Below, in pieces: positions 1 through 7,949 of a stretch of DNA of 46,913 bases. The notes below the pieces were generated by a model, which saw only the letters and a program-made list of their open reading frames with translations, did not search any database and had not been told where the DNA came from. This stretch comes from a virus: the UHGV virus genome UHGV-0202034; one strand, 5' to 3'. Each line of letters begins with the position of its first letter. The first letter of the stretch is position 1. A program made the position numbers and the translations under genes.

Positions 1-33
1 CTGTCGCGTTGCCGCGCGGCAGGGGTCATTTCT

Positions 34-279
34 TTATGCCAGACCATACAGCAGCGCTACGAGCGCGACGAAGCCAGTCACGACGCATTCATACGTCATT
101 TCGGCCGTCCCGGCCATTGCGGCCAAGATCATCGCTGCGCCGCTGACCCAAAGGCACAGGCCCTTGACGATCCGCCGCGCCGCCTTGCGGGCCTCCAATT
201 CTTCACGCAGCCGCTCCCGGCGCTCCTCGGTCGTTTCCTCCGGCTCATACCCGAGCCGTTCTGCAAGATTGGTTCTCAT
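34..279 (-). CDS. hypothetical early protein with two C-terminal hydrophobic segments
   Basis: 81 aa ORF, translationally coupled in the early operon. Confidence 0.6.
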   Translation of the reverse strand: MRTNLAERLGYEPEETTEERRERLREELEARKAARRIVKGLCLWVSGAAMILAAMAGTAEMTYECVVTGFVALVALLYGLA

Positions 280-524
280 TCTGCGTCCTCCTTCGTATCC
301 GGCAGCCGTTCTGCCGATTCTACCAGTGCCATAAGCCGTTTATAGTTCTCCATCCTTTCCCGGCGGCGTTTTGCGAGGTTTGCAGCCCGCTCCGCTATTT
401 CCGCGGGCTGGTGTGCGGCCATTGCCTCAAACTCATTGGCCTCATTGTGGGTCGCGATCACAAGTAGCTCCAGCGTGTGCTTCAGCTCAAACCAATCGTC
501 TCCGCTGAGAATCAGTTTCCGCAT
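276..524 (-). CDS. hypothetical early protein
   Basis: 82 aa ORF with RBS, overlaps neighbours. Confidence 0.6.
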   Translation of the reverse strand: MRKLILSGDDWFELKHTLELLVIATHNEANEFEAMAAHQPAEIAERAANLAKRRRERMENYKRLMALVESAERLPDTKEDAE

Positions 525-738
525 TCCGCTTATCCTCCTTCGTCTCCTGCATCCGCCTGACGAGACGCGCCAGACGGGCGTTTTGTGTCACGAGCTTCTG
601 CGCGTCCAGATCCAGTCCCTTTCGCTTGAGTCCGTTAATGATCTGCGCTGCCTGGCACTCGCAGACCAGCACCGCCTCGATCAGATCATGCAGCTCCTGC
701 GCATCCAGCGTCAGGGTGTAGGTCTTCACTTCCGCCAT
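487..738 (-). CDS. hypothetical early protein
   Basis: 83 aa ORF, GGAGG RBS. Confidence 0.6.
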   Translation of the reverse strand: MAEVKTYTLTLDAQELHDLIEAVLVCECQAAQIINGLKRKGLDLDAQKLVTQNARLARLVRRMQETKEDKRNAETDSQRRRLV

Positions 739-794
739 GCTGCATCCTCCTTCTGTTCCTGTTCCCGGCAGTTCTAACTTTCATTTGTTCCTCC

Positions 795-995
795 TCATGC
801 TCCGAGAAACCGCAAAAACGGCTCTCTCGGGATCTTCACTCTGTGCTTGCTTGTGCAGCAGACCGGGAAGCCCAGCTTTTCAGGCTGTTCCCTCGCCATC
901 AAGCGAAGCCATTGCGGGGTACAGCCGAGCACCTGCGCCGCCTCGCTTGCGAGGATTGTGGGCTTTGACATTGCCCGGATATCGTCCAGCGTCAT
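795..995 (-). CDS. excisionase-like HTH DNA-binding protein
   Basis: ASEAAQVLGCTPQWLR HTH; follows cro. Confidence 0.65.
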   Translation of the reverse strand: MTLDDIRAMSKPTILASEAAQVLGCTPQWLRLMAREQPEKLGFPVCCTSKHRVKIPREPFLRFLGA

Positions 996-1192
996 TTTTC
1001 CTCCTTTCTTCGTTCGATCACGGCCTTAACCGCGTCTTCCAAGCGCTTCCTCGCACCCGGCGGATTTCTTTTCCCGTTCAGGATCAAGGACAGATAGCCT
1101 TTTGTAAGTCCAAGCTCTGCGGCAAGATCGTCGTATGAAACACGCGCATTGTGCATTTTCCCGATCAGTACGCCTGTCCATTTTTCAGGCAT
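992..1192 (-). CDS. Cro-like XRE HTH regulator
   Basis: SYDDLAAELGLTKGYLSLILNG HTH; GGAGG RBS; divergent from cI. Confidence 0.8.
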   Translation of the reverse strand: MPEKWTGVLIGKMHNARVSYDDLAAELGLTKGYLSLILNGKRNPPGARKRLEDAVKAVIERRKEEK

Positions 1193-1219
1193 ATACACAC
1201 CTCCATTCTGTTAAAATTG

Positions 1220-1249
1220 TTGACTGCAACGCCCCGGACGTGCTATACT
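1220..1249 (+). promoter_or_regulatory. sigma70-type promoter TTGACT-17-TATACT with extended TG
   Basis: near-consensus -35/-10 ahead of the 1250-1560 cassette. Confidence 0.6.
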
Positions 1250-1560
1250 GTCCTTAGCCCTTTTAGGTAAATTCGGGAGGTGGTTTTCATGACCAAACTT
1301 TTGAACTTGCCAGTTCCAGACCAAAGAAACGGCGTGATGCGTTAGGGCAAGGGGCAGCGCCAGAACTGCCAAAGTGAGCGGCGCGTCCATAGAAGCGCAA
1401 GTTCGTTTTGTGTCAGGATAGTATTGCCGAGCCGGTGGAAAGAACTCTACCAATTCGGACGGATGCGAAGTAATGCAGCCGACCATCCTGTGCAGCGCGT
1501 TCTGGTAAACAACTCTGGGGAAACCCGCTCGTGAACGAACCACGGGCGGCTTTTCTTTTC
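1250..1560 (+). ncRNA. putative structured RNA with an 18-codon leader ORF (1289-1345) and terminator
   Basis: nested pairings CCAGAAC/GTTCTGG, CAGGAT/ATCCTG, GGTGGA/TCTACC; ends with hairpin CCGCTCGTG..CACGGGCGG plus T tract. Confidence 0.4.
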
Positions 1561-1586
1561 GCCGCAGTCAACTTTTGAAATTTATT

Positions 1587-1754
1587 GTTGAAATTGTTTA
1601 CTGTTTGTGCTACTATGAATTTGCGAGAAACACATTAGCATTGGCGCAAGCGTTGATTTGCTTGGGTCTTGTCTGTTGCAAACTTTTTCAACCACAAGGC
1701 AATAATACATCAAACATTCTCAACTGTCAACCGCTATTTGCAAACTAATTCAAC
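1587..1754. promoter_or_regulatory. putative cI/cro operator repeats YAAAC-N4-TCAAC (4 copies)
   Basis: copies at 1679-1692, 1711-1724, 1741-1754 and inverted at 1587-1600. Confidence 0.55.
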
Positions 1755-1790
1755 TTTCGTCGTATTTAACAATTCCAGAGGTGTATTATT

Positions 1791-2120
1791 GTGTTTTATG
1801 ACAACTTTGTTGCGCTTTGCGCTTCTGTAAACAAAACCCCTGCATACGTTGGCCGAGAACTCGGAATTGACAAGTCAACAATAAGCTGTTGGAAAGCGCG
1901 GAAGACAAAACCCTCTGACGTAAATGCGCAAAAAATCGCCGACTACTTCGGCGTAACAGTAGAAGAACTGATAGGCAAAGGCATAAAAAAAGACCCCATC
2001 CCGAAGGATGGGGCGGTGAGCGAGCCGAAGCAGAAGCTCCGCGATTTAATTGATGGTTTGTCGGATGAGCAATGTGAAAAGCTTGCCGGGTTTATTGCTG
2101 AAGCGCTGAAGCTGATGTGA
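1791..2120 (+). CDS. CI-like XRE HTH repressor
   Basis: ELGIDKSTISCWK HTH and KIADYFGVTVEEL motif; divergent from cro. Confidence 0.85.
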   Translation: MFYDNFVALCASVNKTPAYVGRELGIDKSTISCWKARKTKPSDVNAQKIADYFGVTVEELIGKGIKKDPIPKDGAVSEPKQKLRDLIDGLSDEQCEKLAGFIAEALKLM

Positions 2121-2128
2121 GGGCCACT

Positions 2129-2527
2129 ATGGATAATGTTTTTATTCCTACCGATCCAAATGACCGGCTCCGGACAGAGGCGGAGTACCAGAATTGGATG
2201 AATGAACGCGAAAACAGGAAAGATGATTTCCCTTACATCGCACTTACAAGGACACAGCTTGATCTTTTGAGCCGTTCACAGGACGACGCTGTGCTTGTAA
2301 CAGAAGAAAATGGAAACGATATTACCGTTCTTTGCGGGCACGGATTTGTATACCGCCTCGAAAACGGCGGGAAGGTCGGTATACTCGCCAATAAAAGGGG
2401 CGAAAACTACCTCGCATATGAAAAGCAGAAATCATTTAAAGAATGCAGCCTGACAATCAAAGATATCATTGTTGCCCTGATAGGGGCTGTATGCGGGTTC
2501 CTTCTGAATTGTTTGTTAAACGGGTAA
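2129..2527 (+). CDS. hypothetical protein with C-terminal TM helix
   Basis: follows cI; IIVALIGAVCGFLL. Confidence 0.6.
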   Translation: MDNVFIPTDPNDRLRTEAEYQNWMNERENRKDDFPYIALTRTQLDLLSRSQDDAVLVTEENGNDITVLCGHGFVYRLENGGKVGILANKRGENYLAYEKQKSFKECSLTIKDIIVALIGAVCGFLLNCLLNG

Positions 2528-2836
2528 GTTCCCGCGCTGCCACTGGATATTCAGCGCTTCTCGGATAGCTTCGGCCTTTTCAGGGGTAATGTCTGTCGGC
2601 TCGTAATCTTTGCAGGGATTATCTTTCCCACATCCGATCACGTACCAGCCGCCCCAAGTGGTGTATCGGACGACTACGTGCTTGCACCCAGAGCAGGCAA
2701 GGCTTGGGCACTGCGGAAGCGCTGCATCGCTGATAAGCGCAGCCCGTCGCGTTTTCTCCTGTTCCAGCGAAAGCTGCTCTTTCAGATCGCGGTTTTCTTC
2801 TCTCAGGCGTTCGAGTTCTTTTCTTGCAAACAGCAT
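2516..2836 (-). CDS. hypothetical protein, coiled coil plus Cys cluster
   Basis: AAGGAGG RBS; CxxxxCxxC motif. Confidence 0.6.
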   Translation of the reverse strand: MLFARKELERLREENRDLKEQLSLEQEKTRRAALISDAALPQCPSLACSGCKHVVVRYTTWGGWYVIGCGKDNPCKDYEPTDITPEKAEAIREALNIQWQRGNLPV

Positions 2837-2905
2837 TGTAACCTCCTTAATACATACGCGGCCTGTTCGTCTGTCAACGACAAAATGGCAGCTTTTAATT
2901 TCTCA

Positions 2906-2919
2906 CGAACGTTTGTTTT
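2906..2919. promoter_or_regulatory. possible LexA (Gram-positive SOS) box
   Basis: CGAACGTTTGTTTT upstream of the 2836 gene. Confidence 0.4.
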
Positions 2920-3086
2920 CTTGGTGTCATTATCGCATACTTCCCGTAAATTTTCAACCATTGTCCGCTCCTATCTCCGTTCTTCCAAATTCCGACGTTT
3001 ATTTTTGTGCAGCTTCTACATTGCGGTTGCTGGTTTTAAGTGGTAATATGTAATTGTTTACAAACCATATAAGGAGTGCCGCATTG

Positions 3087-3932
3087 ATGACTAAAAATGA
3101 ATATATTGTGCAGTGCCCAAGATGCGGGGCAGAGTTCCCGGAACGGGAGAAGTTCTGCCCGCACTGTGACACGCCGAACCGAAAGATGATCTGCCGCTCC
3201 TGCGGAACGCAAATCAATGCAAGCGCCCACGTCTGTCCGGAATGCGGCGCAAGAAACAAAAAGATGATTTCGGTTCAAAAAATTGCGATTCTTTCTGTTC
3301 CATTCGCTGCCGTTGTGCTGGCAGTTGTCCTTATCGCATCAAAGCCCGCGAAGAAGCCAGCCGAGCCGATCAAGAGGCAGGAGCCGGATACAATCTCCGC
3401 ATCGGAGTCGGCAAAGACGGAAGACGACGCACAGACCGAGGAAACGGCAACCACACCGATAACGGCTGAAAAAACATGGGGCAATAAGGTCAAGCTCACG
3501 ATCCCAGCCGACTTTATCGGCGAAGATGCGACGCAGCAAGCATTGGACGAAAAGGTAAAGGAAACAGACGGGCTTCTGTCTATAGCGCTGAATCCTGACG
3601 GCTCCGCGACCTACGTTATGACAGCGGAGCGACACAAAGAGCTTATGCAGGAGCTGGCGCAGAACATTGACGCCCAGCTTGCGGACATGGCCGGTTCCTC
3701 TGACTACCCAAACGTCATTTCCGCCGAAGCGTCCAGCGATTACACGTCATTTACTGTAACGCTTTCTACTGATGTGGTTGGGCTTCAGGACTCACTCCTT
3801 ACACTGGCATTTTATATGTACGGCGGTATGTACAACGCATTCAACGGAACTCCGGCCGACAACGTGCGTGTGCAGTTTGTAGACCAGACCGGCAATGTGC
3901 TGGAGGAAGCGAACTCGAGGGACGCACAATAA
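3087..3932 (+). CDS. double zinc-ribbon membrane-anchored protein (superinfection-exclusion-like position)
   Basis: four CxxC pairs, TM helix, C-terminal domain; in lysogeny module. Confidence 0.7.
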   Translation: MTKNEYIVQCPRCGAEFPEREKFCPHCDTPNRKMICRSCGTQINASAHVCPECGARNKKMISVQKIAILSVPFAAVVLAVVLIASKPAKKPAEPIKRQEPDTISASESAKTEDDAQTEETATTPITAEKTWGNKVKLTIPADFIGEDATQQALDEKVKETDGLLSIALNPDGSATYVMTAERHKELMQELAQNIDAQLADMAGSSDYPNVISAEASSDYTSFTVTLSTDVVGLQDSLLTLAFYMYGGMYNAFNGTPADNVRVQFVDQTGNVLEEANSRDAQ

Positions 3933-3934
3933 AT

Positions 3935-4117
3935 TCAGTGCAGGATTCTCGGTTCCCGCCGCTCGTCCTGCTCCCGGCCTACGTCCGCGACGCAGGCAAA
4001 CAGGAGCGGAATGCCCTTGATGTAGTCCACGCTGACGCTGTGCACGTCCGTCAGCTTCGCGCCGTCGACCGTCACGTCGACCCGCCCATTGTTTACCCGG
4101 ATGTTGATGCACTCCAT
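3935..4117 (-). CDS. small hypothetical protein
   Basis: AGGAGG RBS, 60 aa. Confidence 0.55.
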   Translation of the reverse strand: MECINIRVNNGRVDVTVDGAKLTDVHSVSVDYIKGIPLLFACVADVGREQDERREPRILH

Positions 4118-4141
4118 ATTTTTTCCTCCTGTCATTTATTA

Positions 4142-4157
4142 TAGAACGATTGTTCTA
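4142..4157. promoter_or_regulatory. LexA/SOS box-like palindrome TAGAACGATTGTTCTA
   Basis: GAAC-N4-GTTC upstream of the 4117 gene. Confidence 0.55.
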
Positions 4158-4461
4158 AAAATCAACATGGTATTATAAACAAACAGACCGCGTTATTTTT
4201 GGGAATCAGGAATCCGATGGTGTACAGTTTATGGGACTGATGATTTGATATAATATTTGGTTTGCCCGGCCCCATCGTATCTGGAACATACGGTGGGGCC
4301 ATTTCAACAGATGCCGGATTCAGGAACTATCTGCTACGTTTTTATTGTACCAGATAATGTTTGTAAGAAAAGACCGAGTTTTGCGTTTTCTTCTCATAGT
4401 TTGCGTTTTCACCCGGAAAATGTAAGAAATAACAATACAATCTGCGATTGGAGGCGCATCA

Positions 4462-5037
4462 ATGTCCGCAATACAGGAACTCGCGCCGTTTATCGGCGCG
4501 TATCATGGGAAAATCAGAAATGCGAAAGATCACAGCGGAATGACGCTGGAGGAGCTGTCGGAAAAGTCCGGAGTTTCCTTCTCCACCGTGAGCCGATTAT
4601 ATGCCGGAACACAAGCGGATCCACGGCTTTATAACTCGGCCGCAATATGTAAAGCGCTTGGTCTGTCGCTCGACGAGCTGTTCGGCCTTGAGAATCCCGT
4701 CGGAAGCCCGGAAAAGCTGACCAAGCAGATCCATCGTGTCGAGCTTGAAAACGCCAAGCTGGAGGCAGCAGCAGCCCTACAGAGCGCGCAGATAAGGTCT
4801 ACACATACAATGTGTTACGTTCTCGCCCTATTTTGTTTGCTTCTCTCCTTTACCCTGATTGCCTGCCTTGTAACGGATGCGCAGATTCGGAACGCAGGCC
4901 TCATTCGAGATGGAGACTTGTCCGTAACCGCATGGGCGTGTATCGCCCTGATCGTAGGTTCAGTTCTGGCTTCGGCAATTACTTTCTACGCGATCCGAAA
5001 AGAACGTGGAGGGAAACATGGAGTGCATCAAGTGTAA
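4462..5037 (+). CDS. XRE HTH protein with two C-terminal TM helices
   Basis: MTLEELSEKSGVSFSTVSRL HTH; hydrophobic C-terminus. Confidence 0.75.
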   Translation: MSAIQELAPFIGAYHGKIRNAKDHSGMTLEELSEKSGVSFSTVSRLYAGTQADPRLYNSAAICKALGLSLDELFGLENPVGSPEKLTKQIHRVELENAKLEAAAALQSAQIRSTHTMCYVLALFCLLLSFTLIACLVTDAQIRNAGLIRDGDLSVTAWACIALIVGSVLASAITFYAIRKERGGKHGVHQV

Positions 5038-6121
5038 AAAAGAAATTCCAGACGGCGCGCCCTACTGTTGCTGGTGCGGGAAAAAACAGGAAGCGCGGCG
5101 AAGCCGGACGCGCGGGAACGGGCAAGGAAGCGCTTACCAGCGAGGGAAGACGTGGACGGCGCGTTGGACAGAAAGAACTTACCTAGACGAGAACGACAAG
5201 CTTCGGCAAAGGATGCGAACAAAAGGCGGGTTTACATCAAAGCGCGCCGCCCTCCAATATGCCGCAAACCCTCCGAAGGAAGAGCAGCGAAGCCCCACTC
5301 TAAGAGAATACTACAAAACATATCTGCGTGGGGATTATCTATCCTTATCGGCTGATCGTCAGGGCGCGGCGGAAAAGGCATTCGAGCGCATGAGAGAAAT
5401 CGCCGACCGTGAGATCGACGCGCTTACCATCGCGCAGATACAGGATGTTATCGACCGCAACGCCAGCACCTATTACACGCGGAAAGATATGAAAACCGTC
5501 CTCTCCCACTGTTATAACCTCGCAATCGCAGAAAAGCAAACAACCGTGAATCTTGCAAAGTACATAAAGCTTCCGGAGCTTGAAGAAAAAACGCCGGAGC
5601 CGTTCACCGACACCGACGTAAAAAAGCTATGGGAAGCGTATGCAAAAGACCACTTCATTGGGTTTATTTTAACGATGATTTATACCGGCATGATGCCCGG
5701 TGAGCTTCTAAAACTCAAGAAAGATATGATTGACTTTGAAAAGAATGAGATCGTCCGAGGCGGCATAAAGACAAAGAAGCGGAAGGAAACGCCTATGGTC
5801 TTCCCAGATTTCGTTGCGCCGGTGCTGCATGAACTATGCGAAGAAAGCAAATCGCGCGTCGGAAATATCTGCTGCATAAACAAAGATAATTTTTACAAGA
5901 GATATTATGAGTGTTTGGAGCTTGCCGGAGTGCAAAAGCTACCACCTTACTCATGCCGCCATACAACCGCTACAGCCCTCGCGATGAAAAACATTGATCC
6001 GTTTACGATCAAGGAAATCATGCGCCACACGAAGATAACCACTACCCAACGGTACGTACATCCGGACATGAAAGGCATGGTCGATGCCGTAAATCAGTTG
6101 CAAAACGACTCGCCAGAGTGA
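5018..6121 (+). CDS. int: tyrosine recombinase (phage integrase)
   Basis: YTGMMPGEL box (Arg replaced by Met), YSCRHTTAT, MRH..TTQRYVH; adjacent attP. Confidence 0.92.
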   Translation: MECIKCKKEIPDGAPYCCWCGKKQEARRSRTRGNGQGSAYQRGKTWTARWTERTYLDENDKLRQRMRTKGGFTSKRAALQYAANPPKEEQRSPTLREYYKTYLRGDYLSLSADRQGAAEKAFERMREIADREIDALTIAQIQDVIDRNASTYYTRKDMKTVLSHCYNLAIAEKQTTVNLAKYIKLPELEEKTPEPFTDTDVKKLWEAYAKDHFIGFILTMIYTGMMPGELLKLKKDMIDFEKNEIVRGGIKTKKRKETPMVFPDFVAPVLHELCEESKSRVGNICCINKDNFYKRYYECLELAGVQKLPPYSCRHTTATALAMKNIDPFTIKEIMRHTKITTTQRYVHPDMKGMVDAVNQLQNDSPE

Positions 6122-6183
6122 ATTCTGTATGCTACAAAATATGTTACAAACGCCAATTTCCCCAGTGTTTTCAATGGGTTTTT

Positions 6184-6248
6184 CTCCCCTGCTAAGGGAG
6201 TAGGCGTCTAAAAAGCGCGCGAGAGTTCAAATCTCTCCTTCCGCGCCA
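6184..6248 (+). other. attP core: 3' half of tRNA-Ser(GCU)
   Basis: CTCCC-CTGCTAA-GGGAG anticodon arm, long variable arm, GAGAG-TTCAAAT-CTCTC T arm, CCA end; 5' half absent. Confidence 0.88.
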
Positions 6249-6293
6249 AAGTACCGATTTTAGATGTTTTAAATCTAAAATCGGTACTTTTTT
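6248..6293. terminator. long hairpin terminator after att core
   Basis: AAAGTACCGATTTTAGA / TCTAAAATCGGTACTTT plus T tract. Confidence 0.8.
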
Positions 6294-6436
6294 ATGCTTT
6301 TCACCCTATTTTCTGCGTATTTTCAAAAAGCAAAAAATCACGTTATGACACGCTCTGTAACATAAAATTATTTCCCGTATGCTACATTATATGTTACAGA
6401 TTCAGCGCAATGCGAGGGGACTCCCCTATTTTTTTG

Positions 6437-6784
6437 CTACATGGACTTTATTTTCCGAAGCATAGAATCATAGACTTTTCGGTTCACAAGCGATAATGTG
6501 TCCATAAGTTCATCAACGACCGCCCAAGCCCTTGCCGGGTCTTTCCCGGCTACCGCAAGTAAAAAATCACTGTCCCCGTACTCGCCCACGGTAGCCGGTT
6601 CTGCGGTCACAGGGGCGGGAGCGCCGGAGTAGCAACCCACATACCTACCGCCGTCGCCCCGTTCCTCCTCCTGCATCTTGTCGCGTATCACATAAAGATC
6701 TGCCAGTTTGGCATAATTGGGATAGCTGGATTCCTCATATTCCAGCCGCGCTATCTCCTTGCGGATCTCGGCTTTATCCAGCAT
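6437..6784 (-). CDS. hypothetical protein, last gene of post-lysis operon
   Basis: 115 aa, RBS. Confidence 0.75.
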   Translation of the reverse strand: MLDKAEIRKEIARLEYEESSYPNYAKLADLYVIRDKMQEEERGDGGRYVGCYSGAPAPVTAEPATVGEYGDSDFLLAVAGKDPARAWAVVDELMDTLSLVNRKVYDSMLRKIKSM

Positions 6785-6796
6785 ATCATATCCCCC

Positions 6797-7168
6797 TTAT
6801 GCCCGCTCGATCTGCTCCATGCAGCGGCGGATCGCTTCGCGGGTCTTATCGTCGTCCGCGTCGCGCATCATATCGTCCAGTTGCGCGCGCATATGCTCGC
6901 GGGCATCAGCGCGGGTATATCGGCCCATTGCGTCACGGCGGCGGCCACGGTAAGAGCTGCCGCGGCCGTAAGTACCGCGCATATCCGCCTCCCACTCGCC
7001 ATCGCGGGAATAGCCGCCGTCTTCAGCCATCTCGATCTTGTAGGTATTCTTGATGGAGCTGGTCAACTTCTGGATCGCGTCGAGGTCGCCTGCGGACATT
7101 TCCCGCTTCTCGGCAATTTCGTCCAGCTCTTTGCAGAGCATTTCGCGGAGATTCCTCAGATCATACAT
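6797..7168 (-). CDS. hypothetical helical protein with Gly/Arg/Tyr-rich linker
   Basis: GGAGG RBS; GRRRDAMGRY segment. Confidence 0.75.
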   Translation of the reverse strand: MYDLRNLREMLCKELDEIAEKREMSAGDLDAIQKLTSSIKNTYKIEMAEDGGYSRDGEWEADMRGTYGRGSSYRGRRRDAMGRYTRADAREHMRAQLDDMMRDADDDKTREAIRRCMEQIERA

Positions 7169-7182
7169 ATTGCTTCCTCCTT

Positions 7183-7605
7183 TCATGCTACGCGCTCGAC
7201 GGTAAGATTGCTGTTTGCAAAATTAACCGTTTGCGTGCTGGTGTTCCGCATACCTACCGTCAGGCAGCAGCCTCTCGGCACGCTCACCTGTGCGGATACA
7301 TAAACGTTGAAGTAGTTTTCTACCGCTGCCGGTGTCACAGTCGCCGTCGCGCTTGCCAGGGCTTCACCGTTGATGGCAAGTGCGGCCGTGATCGCCTCGA
7401 CCGTGCCGCCGGTTGGAATTGCGATGTTGCCGCCGTAGGAGACTTTGAAAACTGCTCTACACTGATTCGTCAGCCCGCGCAGCGTGATCAGGCCGCTGCC
7501 CTCGCGGTGAACGATGCACGGCTTGCTGCTCACTGCCGTTTCCGCCAGCGGGACGTTCTGCCCGGCGGCGACGCCGACGATGTTGGAATTCGTAAACTCA
7601 GCCAA
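7183..7605 (-). CDS. beta-sandwich protein (BclA-CTD/C1q-like by inference)
   Basis: alternating beta pattern, ends NSNLTVERVA; TTG start uncertain. Confidence 0.6.
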   Translation of the reverse strand: MAEFTNSNIVGVAAGQNVPLAETAVSSKPCIVHREGSGLITLRGLTNQCRAVFKVSYGGNIAIPTGGTVEAITAALAINGEALASATATVTPAAVENYFNVYVSAQVSVPRGCCLTVGMRNTSTQTVNFANSNLTVERVA

Positions 7606-7822
7606 TTCCAAACACCCCGCTTCCCGAATTGCCTGCTTTGCAGTAGTTCAAAATCGGCTCCATCGCCGTCTTCATCGCCTCTGCGCAGCTCGGCTGCTCC
7701 ATTTCGTCCACCGTTTTCAGGATACAGGCGTATGTGTAGAGATCCGTGATGTTCATCTTGTACAGATCCACGCCCATCAGGTGATCGATAAATTTCTTCT
7801 TGAGTTCCTTATATGTTGCCAT
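7598..7822 (-). CDS. small hypothetical protein
   Basis: 74 aa, GAAAGGA RBS. Confidence 0.6.
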   Translation of the reverse strand: MATYKELKKKFIDHLMGVDLYKMNITDLYTYACILKTVDEMEQPSCAEAMKTAMEPILNYCKAGNSGSGVFGIG

Positions 7823-7837
7823 AAAATCATTCCTTTC

Positions 7838-7876
7838 AAAAAAAAAATACAGCGGCGGGACGATTGCCCCGCCGCG
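7838..7876 (-). terminator. hairpin plus T10 tract after the 273 aa gene
   Basis: GCGGCGGG..CCCGCCGC hairpin. Confidence 0.55.
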
Positions 7877-7949
7877 TTGCTATCGAGTATCGGCAATGGG
7901 GGCCGACCATTTTCGTGAGGCCACGAAAAAGCTCTACGATGTGGAGTTG

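Larger units (their letters stand above)
6127..6398. repeat. integrase arm-type repeats GTATGCTACA-NN-ATATGTTACA
   Basis: direct copies 6127-6148 and 6377-6398; inverted half TGTAACATA 6356-6364. Confidence 0.7.

Noticed and set aside
1343..1345. Genome-wide TAG recoding
   Set aside because: Other genes are intact under the standard code and several end in TAG; no suppressor tRNA is seen.
1211..1543. 110 aa minus-strand ORF in the cI-cro gap
   Set aside because: No RBS or recognisable features; promoter, RBS and terminator signals point to the plus strand.
6184..6248. Complete phage tRNA-Ser gene
   Set aside because: The 5' acceptor strand and D arm are missing; it fits an attP core.
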